This document shows positions 46,389-54,877 of a stretch of DNA of 64,000 nt, one piece after another; within the stretch, counting starts at the first letter, position 1; every line of letters begins with the position of its first letter. The notes under the pieces were generated by a model that was given only the letters and a program-made list of their open reading frames with translations, searched no databases and was not told the origin of the DNA. Source of the DNA: Candidatus Pacearchaeota archaeon (GTDB lineage Archaea > Nanobdellota > Nanobdellia > Pacearchaeales > GW2011-AR1); contig JAFCDA010000001.1 in the NCBI GenBank assembly GCA_017609915.1, positions 5,033 through 69,032 of the forward strand, read 5' to 3'. The position numbers and the translations under genes were made by a program.

Positions 46389-46400
46389 CTTATAAAATAT
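46389..46400 (+). promoter_or_regulatory. putative TATA-like box (CTTATAAAATAT) for S13 operon
   Basis: Lies 16-27 nt upstream of the ATG at 46416. Confidence 0.4.
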
Positions 46401-46415
46401 TATATAGATAAAAAA

Positions 46416-46958
46416 ATGCAAGAACAAACACAAGAAATCAAAGAAAATAACATTTCTTCTTTAGAAAAGAAGACAAGATTGAACAAAGAAGAAACTAAGG
46501 AAGAATACTTTTCTATAATTAGGATTCTACAAACAGATATTCCTGGGAATAAAAAAACTTTGGTTGGTTTAACATATATTAAAGGAGTTTCTTGGGCTAT
46601 TTCTAATGCTTTATGTAAAATTCTTAATTTAGATCCTGAAAAAAAAATTCTAGATTTAGATAAAAAAGAAATAAAAATAATAGAGGATTTTTTAAAAAAT
46701 CCTCAAAACTTGCCTGAATTTTTAAAAAATAGAAGAAATGAATTTGAAACAGGAGAAGATTCTCATTTAGTTGGAGCTGAACTTGATATGAAAAAAGAGT
46801 TTGATATTAGAAGATTAAAAAAAATAAGATCTTACAGGGGATTAAGACATGCTTTTGGACATCCTACAAGAGGGCAAAGAACAAGAAGCCATTTTAGGGC
46901 TAAAGGAAAGAAAAAAGCAATTGGAGTTAAAACAAAGAAAGTAGGAAAGAAAGGATAA
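46416..46958 (+). CDS. rps13: 30S ribosomal protein S13 (uS13) with N-terminal extension
   Basis: IIRILQTDIPGNKK...IRSYRGLRHAFGHPTRGQRTRSHFR. Confidence 0.9.
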   Translation: MQEQTQEIKENNISSLEKKTRLNKEETKEEYFSIIRILQTDIPGNKKTLVGLTYIKGVSWAISNALCKILNLDPEKKILDLDKKEIKIIEDFLKNPQNLPEFLKNRRNEFETGEDSHLVGAELDMKKEFDIRRLKKIRSYRGLRHAFGHPTRGQRTRSHFRAKGKKKAIGVKTKKVGKKG

Positions 46959-47020
46959 AAACAACCCCTTAAAAAAGGCTTGACCCAAACCAATAAAAAT
47001 AAACCATCAAAATATTAAAA

Positions 47021-47668
47021 ATGCCAAAAAGAAAACGTAAAAAATATTCAAGACCGCAAAGGCCTTTTGATAAAGCAAGAATACAAGAAGAAAATCTTCT
47101 TAGAGACAAATATGGACTTAAAAATAAAAAAGAAATATGGAAAGCAGATGCTGCAATAGCAAGGATTAGAAATCTTGTAAAACAATTAATTACAAAACCT
47201 GAAGAAGAGAAAAAAGCATTTGTTAAAAAACTCCAAACAAAAGGATTTAAAGTTAATAATATTGCAGATTCTTTAGCTTTAGATAAAGAAGATTGGTTAA
47301 AAAGAAGATTACAAACAATAGTGTTTAGTAAAAAATTAGCAAGAACACCTAAACAAGCAAGACAATTAGTTGCTCATAAACAAGTATCTATTGGAAATAA
47401 AACAATTAATATTCCTTCATACCAAGTTAGTTTAGAACAAGAGCCTGAAATAAAATTAAATATTGTATTAAAAAAACCTAAAAATTCTAAAAAAGATTCT
47501 AAAGAAAAAATAGAAGAAGCTAAAAGTGAAGAGATTAAACCTGTTGAAGAGATTGCTGAAAAAACTGAAACTAAAGAACAAACCCCTAAACCTATAGAAA
47601 AACAACCTGAACAACCAATAACAAATACTAATAAAATAGAAAAAGTTAAAGAGAAAGAAAATGCCTAA
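47021..47668 (+). CDS. rps4: 30S ribosomal protein S4 (uS4) with K/E-rich C-terminal extension
   Basis: KKYSRPQRPFDKARIQEE...LARTPKQARQLVAHKQVSIGNKTINIPSYQV. Confidence 0.9.
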   Translation: MPKRKRKKYSRPQRPFDKARIQEENLLRDKYGLKNKKEIWKADAAIARIRNLVKQLITKPEEEKKAFVKKLQTKGFKVNNIADSLALDKEDWLKRRLQTIVFSKKLARTPKQARQLVAHKQVSIGNKTINIPSYQVSLEQEPEIKLNIVLKKPKNSKKDSKEKIEEAKSEEIKPVEEIAEKTETKEQTPKPIEKQPEQPITNTNKIEKVKEKENA

Positions 47669-47897
47669 AAATCTTAAAAAAATAATCGGAACAGGAATAC
47701 TCTTATTAGCTTTAGGTGGAAATATGAATAAAAACCTTAATCCTATTCAAACAGGGGTTGCTCAAAAAAGATATATTAAACAACCAAATAATGTTGAAAA
47801 AGCAATCTATATGGGGGCTTTTGTAGGAACTTCCCTATTAGCAACTTTAGGAATTCATAAACTTCTAACTAAATATAGAACTAATGAAAATGCCTAA
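47661..47897 (+). CDS. 78-aa 2-TM protein inserted between rps4 and rps11
   Basis: IIGTGILLLALGG and AIYMGAFVGTSLLATLGI. Bounded by the 15-bp direct repeats 47657..47671 and 47886..47900. Confidence 0.45.
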   Translation: MPKNLKKIIGTGILLLALGGNMNKNLNPIQTGVAQKRYIKQPNNVEKAIYMGAFVGTSLLATLGIHKLLTKYRTNENA

Positions 47898-48444
47898 AAA
47901 AGAAACTAAAGAAAAAATTGAGAAAGAAAAACCAAAGGTAGAAGTTAAAAAAAATAAATCAACTAATATCTCTCAAAAATCTGAAGAAAAGCCTATTGAA
48001 GATAAAAAATTAATGGGTAAAGATCCTGAAGAGAAAAAAGAGACAAAAATTGAAAAAAGAAAAGAGAAAAAAGATAGAATAGGTATTCTTAATATTTATA
48101 CTACTTTTAATAATACAATTATGAATCTAACAGACTTATCTGGAAAAAGTATTGCTAAATTTGGTGGAGGACAATCAACAAAACAAGATAGATTAAAAGC
48201 TAATCCAACAATAGCAATGTTTGTTTCTCAAAGAATAGCTGAAGAAGCAAGAGACAATGGAATAACAGGGTTTTATGTTAAAGTAAGGGCTAAAACAGGG
48301 CAAAACAACCCTGGACCAGGAGCTCATGCAGCAATTAAATCACTTACAAGAGCAGGGTTTAGAATTTTAAGTATTATGGATACTACAAAGATTCCTAGAG
48401 GAGGGCCTAAAAAGAAAGGAGGAAGAAGAGGAAGAAGACCATAA
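47884..48444 (+). CDS. rps11: 30S ribosomal protein S11 (uS11) with long K/E-rich N-terminal extension
   Basis: GILNIYTTFNNTIMNLTDLSGK...GPGAHAAIKSLTRAGFRILSIMDTTKIPRGG. Start may be 47884 or 47890, or the internal Met (MGKD). Confidence 0.85.
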   Translation: MKMPKKETKEKIEKEKPKVEVKKNKSTNISQKSEEKPIEDKKLMGKDPEEKKETKIEKRKEKKDRIGILNIYTTFNNTIMNLTDLSGKSIAKFGGGQSTKQDRLKANPTIAMFVSQRIAEEARDNGITGFYVKVRAKTGQNNPGPGAHAAIKSLTRAGFRILSIMDTTKIPRGGPKKKGGRRGRRP

Positions 48445-48478
48445 ATAGGTTTAAAAATGATAAAAATTACTCAATAAA

Positions 48479-49144
48479 ATGATAAAAATACAAAATTATG
48501 ATAAAGAAAAGCAAAAGATGGGTTTTATAACAGACATGTCTTTTAATCTAGCTAATGCTATTAGGCGGAGTGTTTTAGAAATTCCAACCATGGCAATTGA
48601 TGAAGTTCAAATCTCTAAAAATGATTCTGCATTATATGATGAAATAATCGCTCATAGAATTGGTTTGGTTCCCATAAAAACAAATAAAATATCTAAAGAA
48701 ACAAAATTCAAATTAAAAGAAAAAGGACCAAAAACAGTTTATTCAACAGATATAAGCCCATCTATAGGTGTAGATTATAAATTGCCTATTGTGATTTTAG
48801 ATGAAGGGCAAGAAATTGAGATGGTTATAAATGCAAAATTAGGTAAGGGAATTGAACATATTAAATATTCTCCTGGCTTACTTTATTATTCTTATAATTT
48901 AGAACCTGAAGTTTTAGATTTCACTAATGTGAATGAAAAAGGGAAAATTAGTTATGATGAAAAAGAAATAAGAAAAGATAAATTATCAGAAGAGCAAATA
49001 AATAAAATAAAAAAATTAGATAATGTTAAAGAATTAATCATAAATATTGAATCTTGGAAACAAATAGAAGTTAAGGATATTTTTCTAAGAGCTATTGAAG
49101 TTTTAGATAGTAATTTAAGTGAATTAGGTAAGGCTGTAAAATAG
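48479..49144 (+). CDS. rpoD: DNA-directed RNA polymerase subunit D (Rpo3), Cys-free form
   Basis: FNLANAIRRSVLEIPTMAIDEV...DEIIAHRIGLVPIK. No cysteines, so no Fe-S domain. Confidence 0.8.
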   Translation: MIKIQNYDKEKQKMGFITDMSFNLANAIRRSVLEIPTMAIDEVQISKNDSALYDEIIAHRIGLVPIKTNKISKETKFKLKEKGPKTVYSTDISPSIGVDYKLPIVILDEGQEIEMVINAKLGKGIEHIKYSPGLLYYSYNLEPEVLDFTNVNEKGKISYDEKEIRKDKLSEEQINKIKKLDNVKELIINIESWKQIEVKDIFLRAIEVLDSNLSELGKAVK

Positions 49145-49191
49145 TAAAATAATAACAATTATAAACCAAATTCTCTGCTTAATTCATATAA

Positions 49192-49275
49192 GCGGAGATG
49201 CCGGAGCGGTCAAACGGGCTTGGTTAAGGTCCAAGTGGCTTAGTGCCTACGAGGGTTCGAATCCTTCTCTCCGCA
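49192..49275 (+). tRNA. tRNA-Leu, anticodon reads AAG (unusual A34)
   Basis: GCGGAGA TG CCGG AGCGGTCAAA CGGG CTTGG TTAAGGT CCAAG TGGCTTAGTGCCTAC GAGGG TTCGAAT CCTTC TCTCCGC A. A perfect 5-bp anticodon stem fixes the loop as UUAAGGU. Confidence 0.8.
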
Positions 49276-49281
49276 TAAAAA

Positions 49282-49644
49282 ATGAGAATCACAAAAACAC
49301 AACTCAGCAAAAGAATAAAGAAAAAAACAAATCCAGAATTAGTTGAAACTATTAAATTAGCTAAGAAAAATAATCTTTTAGAATTAGGAAAAAGACTTTC
49401 TAAACCTACAAGATTACAAAAAAAAATCAATTTAGATGAACTTAATAAATTAAAAGAAGAAAAAGTTCTTATTGTTGGCAAAGTTCTTAGTAAAGGAGAG
49501 ATTAATAAAAAAATGAAGATTGCTGCATTGGGTTTTTCAGAAAAAGCTAAAGAAAAACTAGAAAAAGCAGGATGTAAAATATTTACAATAAAACATGCAA
49601 TTGAAAAAAATAATAATTTAGATGGTGTTAAAATATTAGATTAA
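49282..49644 (+). CDS. rpl18e: 50S ribosomal protein L18e (eL18)
   Basis: NPELVETIKLAKKN...VLIVGKVLSKGEINKKMKIAALGFSEKAKEKLEKAG. Synteny rpoD-L18e-L13-S9. Confidence 0.8.
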   Translation: MRITKTQLSKRIKKKTNPELVETIKLAKKNNLLELGKRLSKPTRLQKKINLDELNKLKEEKVLIVGKVLSKGEINKKMKIAALGFSEKAKEKLEKAGCKIFTIKHAIEKNNNLDGVKILD

Positions 49645-49645
49645 A

Positions 49646-50056
49646 ATGGCAGACAAAAAAATAATAATTGATGGAAATGGAGCAATTTTTGGAAGAATAT
49701 GTAGTTTTGCTGCTAAAAAAGCATTAGAAGGAAATGAGATAGTGATTATTAATTCTGAAAAAGTTATTATTAGTGGGAATAAAAAAGATGTTCTTAAAAA
49801 ACACAAGAGAATTAGAGAGGTTGGAGGACATTCTTTAAAGGGCCCAAAATATTCAACAATTGCTTATAAAATATTAAAAAGAGGAGTAAAAGGCATGCTC
49901 CCTGATTTTAGAAAAGGAATTGGAAAACAAACTCTTTTAAGAATCAAATGTTATAATGGAGTTCCTAAAGAATTTGAAAATGAAAAAATGATTAAATCAA
50001 AAAAAACAAAACCTGGAAAATATATTAGATTAAAAGAATTAAGTGAAAAGCTTTAA
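49646..50056 (+). CDS. rpl13: 50S ribosomal protein L13 (uL13)
   Basis: IIDGNGAIFGRICSFAAKKALEG...KRGVKGMLP. Confidence 0.85.
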   Translation: MADKKIIIDGNGAIFGRICSFAAKKALEGNEIVIINSEKVIISGNKKDVLKKHKRIREVGGHSLKGPKYSTIAYKILKRGVKGMLPDFRKGIGKQTLLRIKCYNGVPKEFENEKMIKSKKTKPGKYIRLKELSEKL

Positions 50057-50193
50057 AAATAAATAATAATATAAACCCATATCTTATAAGGCCGTCTTTT
50101 AGAAAAAGATGGTGACAAAAATTATAGAGATGTTATGAGAAGATTAAGTAATTCATCTTCAAAACTCAAGATTAAGAGATATCAAATAAAAAA

Positions 50194-50607
50194 ATGCCGA
50201 AAATTGATAAAAATTTAACAGTAAGTGGAAAAAGAAAAACAGCAATAGCAAAAGCTACAATAAAAAAAGGTGAAGGGAAAATTTTGGTTAATAAAAAACC
50301 TTATGAAAACTTAGATTTTTTTAAAAAATTGACAATAAAAGAACCTATTGAAATTGCTAAAAAGGTTTTAGGAGTGTTTGATTTTGATATTAGTATTAAT
50401 ATTAAAGGAGGGGGAAGTGAAAGTCAAATTTTTGCTGCAAGATTAGCTCTTGCTAGAGCTTTAGTTAAATTTACAAAATCTGATGAATTAAAAACAGCTT
50501 TTACTAAATATGATAAAAACCTATTAGTTGCCGATACTAGAAGAAAAGAACCTAATAAGCCAGGAGATAGTAAGGCTAGAAAAAAGAGACAAAAAAGTTT
50601 TAGATAA
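50194..50607 (+). CDS. rps9: 30S ribosomal protein S9 (uS9)
   Basis: VSGKRKTAIAKATIKKGEGKILVN...GGGSESQIFAARLALARAL...DTRRKE...KARKKRQKSFR. Confidence 0.9.
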   Translation: MPKIDKNLTVSGKRKTAIAKATIKKGEGKILVNKKPYENLDFFKKLTIKEPIEIAKKVLGVFDFDISINIKGGGSESQIFAARLALARALVKFTKSDELKTAFTKYDKNLLVADTRRKEPNKPGDSKARKKRQKSFR

Positions 50608-50774
50608 AAGTATATTTTATTTTTTAGTATCTTATTGTATTTTTAAGATATGCTAAACTGTTCTTTATCTCTCATCTTCAAAACTTAATATTTTACAAGA
50701 TATGGAGAAAATCCATAACATTTATTAATTCTTAATTATAATCATTAATATAAAAAGAGGTAAAGTTTTGTAAA

Positions 50775-51431
50775 ATGCTATTTGAATCAGTTGTAAGTTT
50801 TTTTGAAGGATTAATAAATTCAGTTCCTACAGAATATCGAATATTAGTGAGTCTTTTTATTTACACCTTTTTTATTGCAATATATGCTATCTTTATTTGG
50901 AAATTTTATAAATTTCTTGCAAGTAGAGATATTATTGAACTAAATCTAAAACAATATAATCATTCAAAATATCCTGGATTAGAGAAATTTTTTGCAGTTC
51001 TTCTTTATACTGTTGAATATATGATTATTTTGCCTTTTTTAGTATTATTTTGGTTTGCAATCTTTTCTATGTTTTTATTAATCTTATCTGAATCACAAAG
51101 TGCTCAACAAATACTTTTAATTTCTGCAGCAATTATTGCCTCAACAAGAATAAGTGCTTATATTAGTGAAGATTTATCAAAAGATATTGCAAAAATTCTT
51201 CCATTTACTGTTTTAGCAATGTTTATTTTAGGTAATCAATTTTTTAATTTAGAAACTATCTTCTTAAAAATCTATCAAATTCCTTCATTGTTTAATAATG
51301 TTGTAATGTTTATTATATTTATTTTTATAACAGAGTTTGTTCTTAGAGGAATTCATTCTATTATTCAATTAATTTATTCTTCTTCAGGAAGCTCTGGAAC
51401 TGGTGGAGGAACTTCAGTTAAGGAAGGTTGA
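50775..51431 (+). CDS. polytopic membrane protein, function unknown
   Basis: 218 aa, ~6 TM helices, Gly/Ser-rich tail SSSGSSGTGGGTS. Confidence 0.45.
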   Translation: MLFESVVSFFEGLINSVPTEYRILVSLFIYTFFIAIYAIFIWKFYKFLASRDIIELNLKQYNHSKYPGLEKFFAVLLYTVEYMIILPFLVLFWFAIFSMFLLILSESQSAQQILLISAAIIASTRISAYISEDLSKDIAKILPFTVLAMFILGNQFFNLETIFLKIYQIPSLFNNVVMFIIFIFITEFVLRGIHSIIQLIYSSSGSSGTGGGTSVKEG

Positions 51432-52210
51432 GAATTAAATAAATCACAATTACTTCTAAATTCACACCATTTACATAATTTACTTGGTGTTGGAGGAAAC
51501 TCTGTTGTAGATTCAATTTTATCAATTAACCTTATGATTTCTTGTTTTAAGTTTTCAAGCTCTTGCTCTGTTCTTTTTGAGACTATTTTCTTATTAAAAG
51601 CAAGAAAATGCCAAACCAGATGCACATCATTAACATTATCAAAACTGTTTTTTATACCAATTGCATATAATGCTAATTGCCTATCTTTATCTAATTCTTC
51701 TTGAGATTTTAGAAATCCTCCTGTCTTATAGTCATGAATCTCATAAATGTTGTTATCTTTATTGTGAACTAATCTATCAATATATCCTTGAAGTTTATAT
51801 TTTCCTTCAGAATCTAAATTAATAATTATTCTTTTTTCTGTTGCAATAGTATTATCTTTGAATGGGGAATGTTTTAAAAAATAATCTATTAAAAACTTGA
51901 TTCCTTGATTAAAATAATGTTCTGCATTATATTCTTTTTTTGTTATTTGGATTTTATTATTAAAATCTTTATTCCAAAGATCAATAAAATATCTAAGAAC
52001 ATCATCTAACTGGAAGATTCTTCCTATAATAACTTGGTCATAAATAAATCTTAGAGTTTCATGGACTTTGTGCCCAAGAAAAGCTTCTATTGTCTCTTCT
52101 ATATCTGGTCTAATTCTATCAATATATCTAAATTTAAATTTAAGAGCACATTGTTCAAATGAAGCTAATCTTGAATGAGAGTAAATCACCATTTTTAAGT
52201 ATAAACTCAA
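51374..52210 (-). CDS. PD-(D/E)XK nuclease (Cas4/RecB-like) with Fe-S cysteines
   Basis: YSHSRLASFEQCALKFKFRYI (N-terminal Cys), GYIDRL...IHDYKTG (D..D/E-x-K core), C-terminal CKWCEFRSNC. Confidence 0.7.
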   Translation of the reverse strand: MSLYLKMVIYSHSRLASFEQCALKFKFRYIDRIRPDIEETIEAFLGHKVHETLRFIYDQVIIGRIFQLDDVLRYFIDLWNKDFNNKIQITKKEYNAEHYFNQGIKFLIDYFLKHSPFKDNTIATEKRIIINLDSEGKYKLQGYIDRLVHNKDNNIYEIHDYKTGGFLKSQEELDKDRQLALYAIGIKNSFDNVNDVHLVWHFLAFNKKIVSKRTEQELENLKQEIIRLIDKIESTTEFPPTPSKLCKWCEFRSNCDLFNSQPSLTEVPPPVPELPEEE

Positions 52211-52323
52211 ATAAATAGTCTATTAAAAAGATTTCTGTGGTGGAAATCGAGAAATCTTTTTTGTTTTTTTAGTATCTAAAAATTTTCAGTTAAGTTTTTA
52301 AAAATCATTTTCCTAATCCTTGT

Positions 52324-52590
52324 ATGGTAAATTTTGTTATGTTAAAAAATGGGTTAGGTTTTGGTCTTAAAGGATTTGGATTTTTTTGGGGGATTGCAGA
52401 TAGGTTTTTATGTAATTGGTTATGTATTGGAAATTCTTGCTCAACAAATCAGCCAGGAACATGTTCATTTTTATTTCTTCTTGTAGCTATTATTTTTGTT
52501 GTATGTGGATATGCAATAGTCCATTTACCTAAGAAAGAAAGAGAAAAAGTACAAAAAGTTGTAGAAACAGACATAGAAAAAGAGAAGTGA
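52324..52590 (+). CDS. small membrane protein
   Basis: 88-aa ORF with 2 hydrophobic segments. Confidence 0.3.
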   Translation: MVNFVMLKNGLGFGLKGFGFFWGIADRFLCNWLCIGNSCSTNQPGTCSFLFLLVAIIFVVCGYAIVHLPKKEREKVQKVVETDIEKEK

Positions 52591-52599
52591 ACATAATCT

Positions 52600-53343
52600 T
52601 TACTCATTTTTAATATCTAAAATATCTGCATAAGTTACTATCTCCTTATTTTGCCTTAGCTCATTAATAGCATTTAAGGTTAATTGAAAAAATCCAGATT
52701 CTATGTCTTGAGGGTGGATTGCAACACGTGCGATTCTTTGATTTTTAAATTTTCTTTTGATTAAGTGTTGATTATACCATTCAAATCCTTTATTAATCAA
52801 ACCGCCTCCAGAAGTAAAAACAACTATATTTGAAGATTCTTTTTTGTATGGTGAAAAAAATTCAATATTACTAAAACTTGTAGTATATTGAAAATCTTCT
52901 TTTAATGCTTTTTCTGATTCTGGGTTTAATAACCAGGCAGGTGCAACAAAACCTACTGCTCCAAATCCATTAGCTTTAAAAATTTCTTTTCCTTTCCAAA
53001 TTTTTTCTTTTGCTTCTTTATAAGAAATATTTTGAAATTCCCCACAACCCTGAGCTATTTGTTCTCCAATAAATTTTTCTAAAAAAGAAGGATAATTATG
53101 ATTTGTTGAAATATGCTCAAGCCCATGTTGAACAATTTCATTTCCTTTATCTTGCAAAGAATGCAACCATTCAATAAATTCACCAGATTGGGAAATACTG
53201 TTTTTTCCAAGATAATCTGGAATAACTAAAATACTTTTTTTATTTACTCCTATTTTATCTAACTCAGATATAATTTTTGTTAATTGACTATTGAAATTAG
53301 GTGTAACATCATGAATTGAAACCACTAAATATTTATTTTTCAT
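52600..53343 (-). CDS. DUF2334-like (polysaccharide deacetylase-fold) protein
   Basis: YLVVSIHDVTPNF...ILVIPDY...VQHGLEH pattern. Met at 53343 preferred because it abuts the upstream stop. Confidence 0.5.
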   Translation of the reverse strand: MKNKYLVVSIHDVTPNFNSQLTKIISELDKIGVNKKSILVIPDYLGKNSISQSGEFIEWLHSLQDKGNEIVQHGLEHISTNHNYPSFLEKFIGEQIAQGCGEFQNISYKEAKEKIWKGKEIFKANGFGAVGFVAPAWLLNPESEKALKEDFQYTTSFSNIEFFSPYKKESSNIVVFTSGGGLINKGFEWYNQHLIKRKFKNQRIARVAIHPQDIESGFFQLTLNAINELRQNKEIVTYADILDIKNE

Positions 53344-53344
53344 T

Positions 53345-54058
53345 TTATTGAACTTTTTCCCCAATATATAAGAATTGTTTTGGATTTTTTCCCCAAGGAG
53401 TTTGAATTTCATAAGATACTAAGTCTAATTCTTTTAACCCTAAGCTCTCAAAAATTTCAAGGTAATCTTTTCTTCCAAGGGCTGTGTGATTTTTTATACA
53501 GTTCACTTCAATCACAGTATTATCTCTTTTATTTTTTATTAAATCTATTCCATTTTCCATTCCTAAAACTGCACACTCATTATCTTCTATAAATAAATAC
53601 TTTGAGAAATTTTCTCTAATAGTTGAAACGTTCCAATTTTTTTCCTTAGCTAAATCTAAAAACCAAGGCAAATCATAATCTACACAACAAAACTTTCCTC
53701 CAACACTTACTTTTTCAAGTGATTTCCTTAGGCTTCTTTTTGGACCTTTTAGTTCATGTAATGTGAAAAGAGCAAGTGCAAAATCGTAAGGAGGCCTTAA
53801 TTTTTTATGTGAAGTAATAACATCTAAATTATTAATTCTTTCTACTTCTGGACTTACTTTATCAATCCTAATACTATCTTCTCTAAAATGATCAAATTGT
53901 GAATTTGGATACCACTTAGCAAGTCTTTCAACAGCTTTTGGAGGTTTGTATCCTGCAAGATCTAAAACATTATTTGGTTCAGAACCTAAACGAAATCTAA
54001 CTATTTTTATCATATCTAATAAACTTTCTCCTTTTCTACCATATTTTTTAGTTTTCAT
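53345..54058 (-). CDS. hypothetical protein (possible methyltransferase-fold)
   Basis: NVLDLAG...FDFALALFTLHEL is only weakly reminiscent of class I MTases. Confidence 0.3.
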   Translation of the reverse strand: MKTKKYGRKGESLLDMIKIVRFRLGSEPNNVLDLAGYKPPKAVERLAKWYPNSQFDHFREDSIRIDKVSPEVERINNLDVITSHKKLRPPYDFALALFTLHELKGPKRSLRKSLEKVSVGGKFCCVDYDLPWFLDLAKEKNWNVSTIRENFSKYLFIEDNECAVLGMENGIDLIKNKRDNTVIEVNCIKNHTALGRKDYLEIFESLGLKELDLVSYEIQTPWGKNPKQFLYIGEKVQ

Positions 54059-54109
54059 CCTAATGTAATTTTTAAAACTTATTTAATAAATTTAATCATG
54101 ATGGGATAG

Positions 54110-54877
54110 TTATTTTTTATTGTTTTTTGAGAGCTCAGGGTATAGATTAACCATATAAATTTCATAGTCTTTTAAAACATTTCTTTTTATTTTATCTAAT
54201 ATTCCTCTTCCAAAAAGCCATTCAAAAGGTCCAAGAGTTCCTTTTAATGAACCATAGTATGCTGTTATGGCCTTACAATGTTTGTCATGATATTCTTTAT
54301 ATTCTTTAGATGAAAAAGTATTTTTAACTAAACTATTAACAGATTGCTCTACATTTATTGTTGGATAAGTCTTTAAATTATTTTTTAATAATTTAATGTA
54401 ATATAGTGTGTTTGTTTTAATAATTTCTGCTTGTGTTTTAAGAACTTTTTTTGCTGTAGGGTTTACTGCGCTTTTATCAAATTTTTTACTTTCTGTACCT
54501 AATTTCTTTGCAATAGTAAGATAATTTTTATTTGAAATTAACTCTGGTTTTTGTGTTTTCAGATATTTTTGAGCTAAATCAATACAATATAATCTTTCTG
54601 TTATATTATGTTCAAGAGTTTTTTGAAATCCGTGTTTTTTAATTTGCTCTTTAAATGGTGTTCCTGACTTATGTTTTTTTATAAAACTTGAGGTTGATCT
54701 TAAAATATCTAATTTAAAAAGTTCTGAAGCAGAAACTTTTTGTTCTAAAGAAACTTGTTTTGTAAGGGTAGATTTTTTAGGGGCTTCTTGTGCTTTTGAA
54801 ATAGCATTTAAATTTTGAAATGTTAAACTAGTAACTAATAAACTTGTCAACAATTTATATTTAAATTTTGATTTCAT
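54110..54877 (-). CDS. secreted hypothetical protein
   Basis: Signal-like N-terminus LLTSLLVTSLTFQNLNA. 4-nt overlap with the upstream gene. Confidence 0.4.
   Translation of the reverse strand: MKSKFKYKLLTSLLVTSLTFQNLNAISKAQEAPKKSTLTKQVSLEQKVSASELFKLDILRSTSSFIKKHKSGTPFKEQIKKHGFQKTLEHNITERLYCIDLAQKYLKTQKPELISNKNYLTIAKKLGTESKKFDKSAVNPTAKKVLKTQAEIIKTNTLYYIKLLKNNLKTYPTINVEQSVNSLVKNTFSSKEYKEYHDKHCKAITAYYGSLKGTLGPFEWLFGRGILDKIKRNVLKDYEIYMVNLYPELSKNNKK

Noticed and set aside
47450-48080. K/E-rich DNA in S4 tail and S11 head as a repeat family
   Set aside because: This is compositional low complexity (aaa/gaa codons). The only exact repeat is the 15-mer reported at the junction.
49224-49481. 85-aa minus-strand ORF
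   Set aside because: It overlaps tRNA-Leu and is antisense to the L18e gene.
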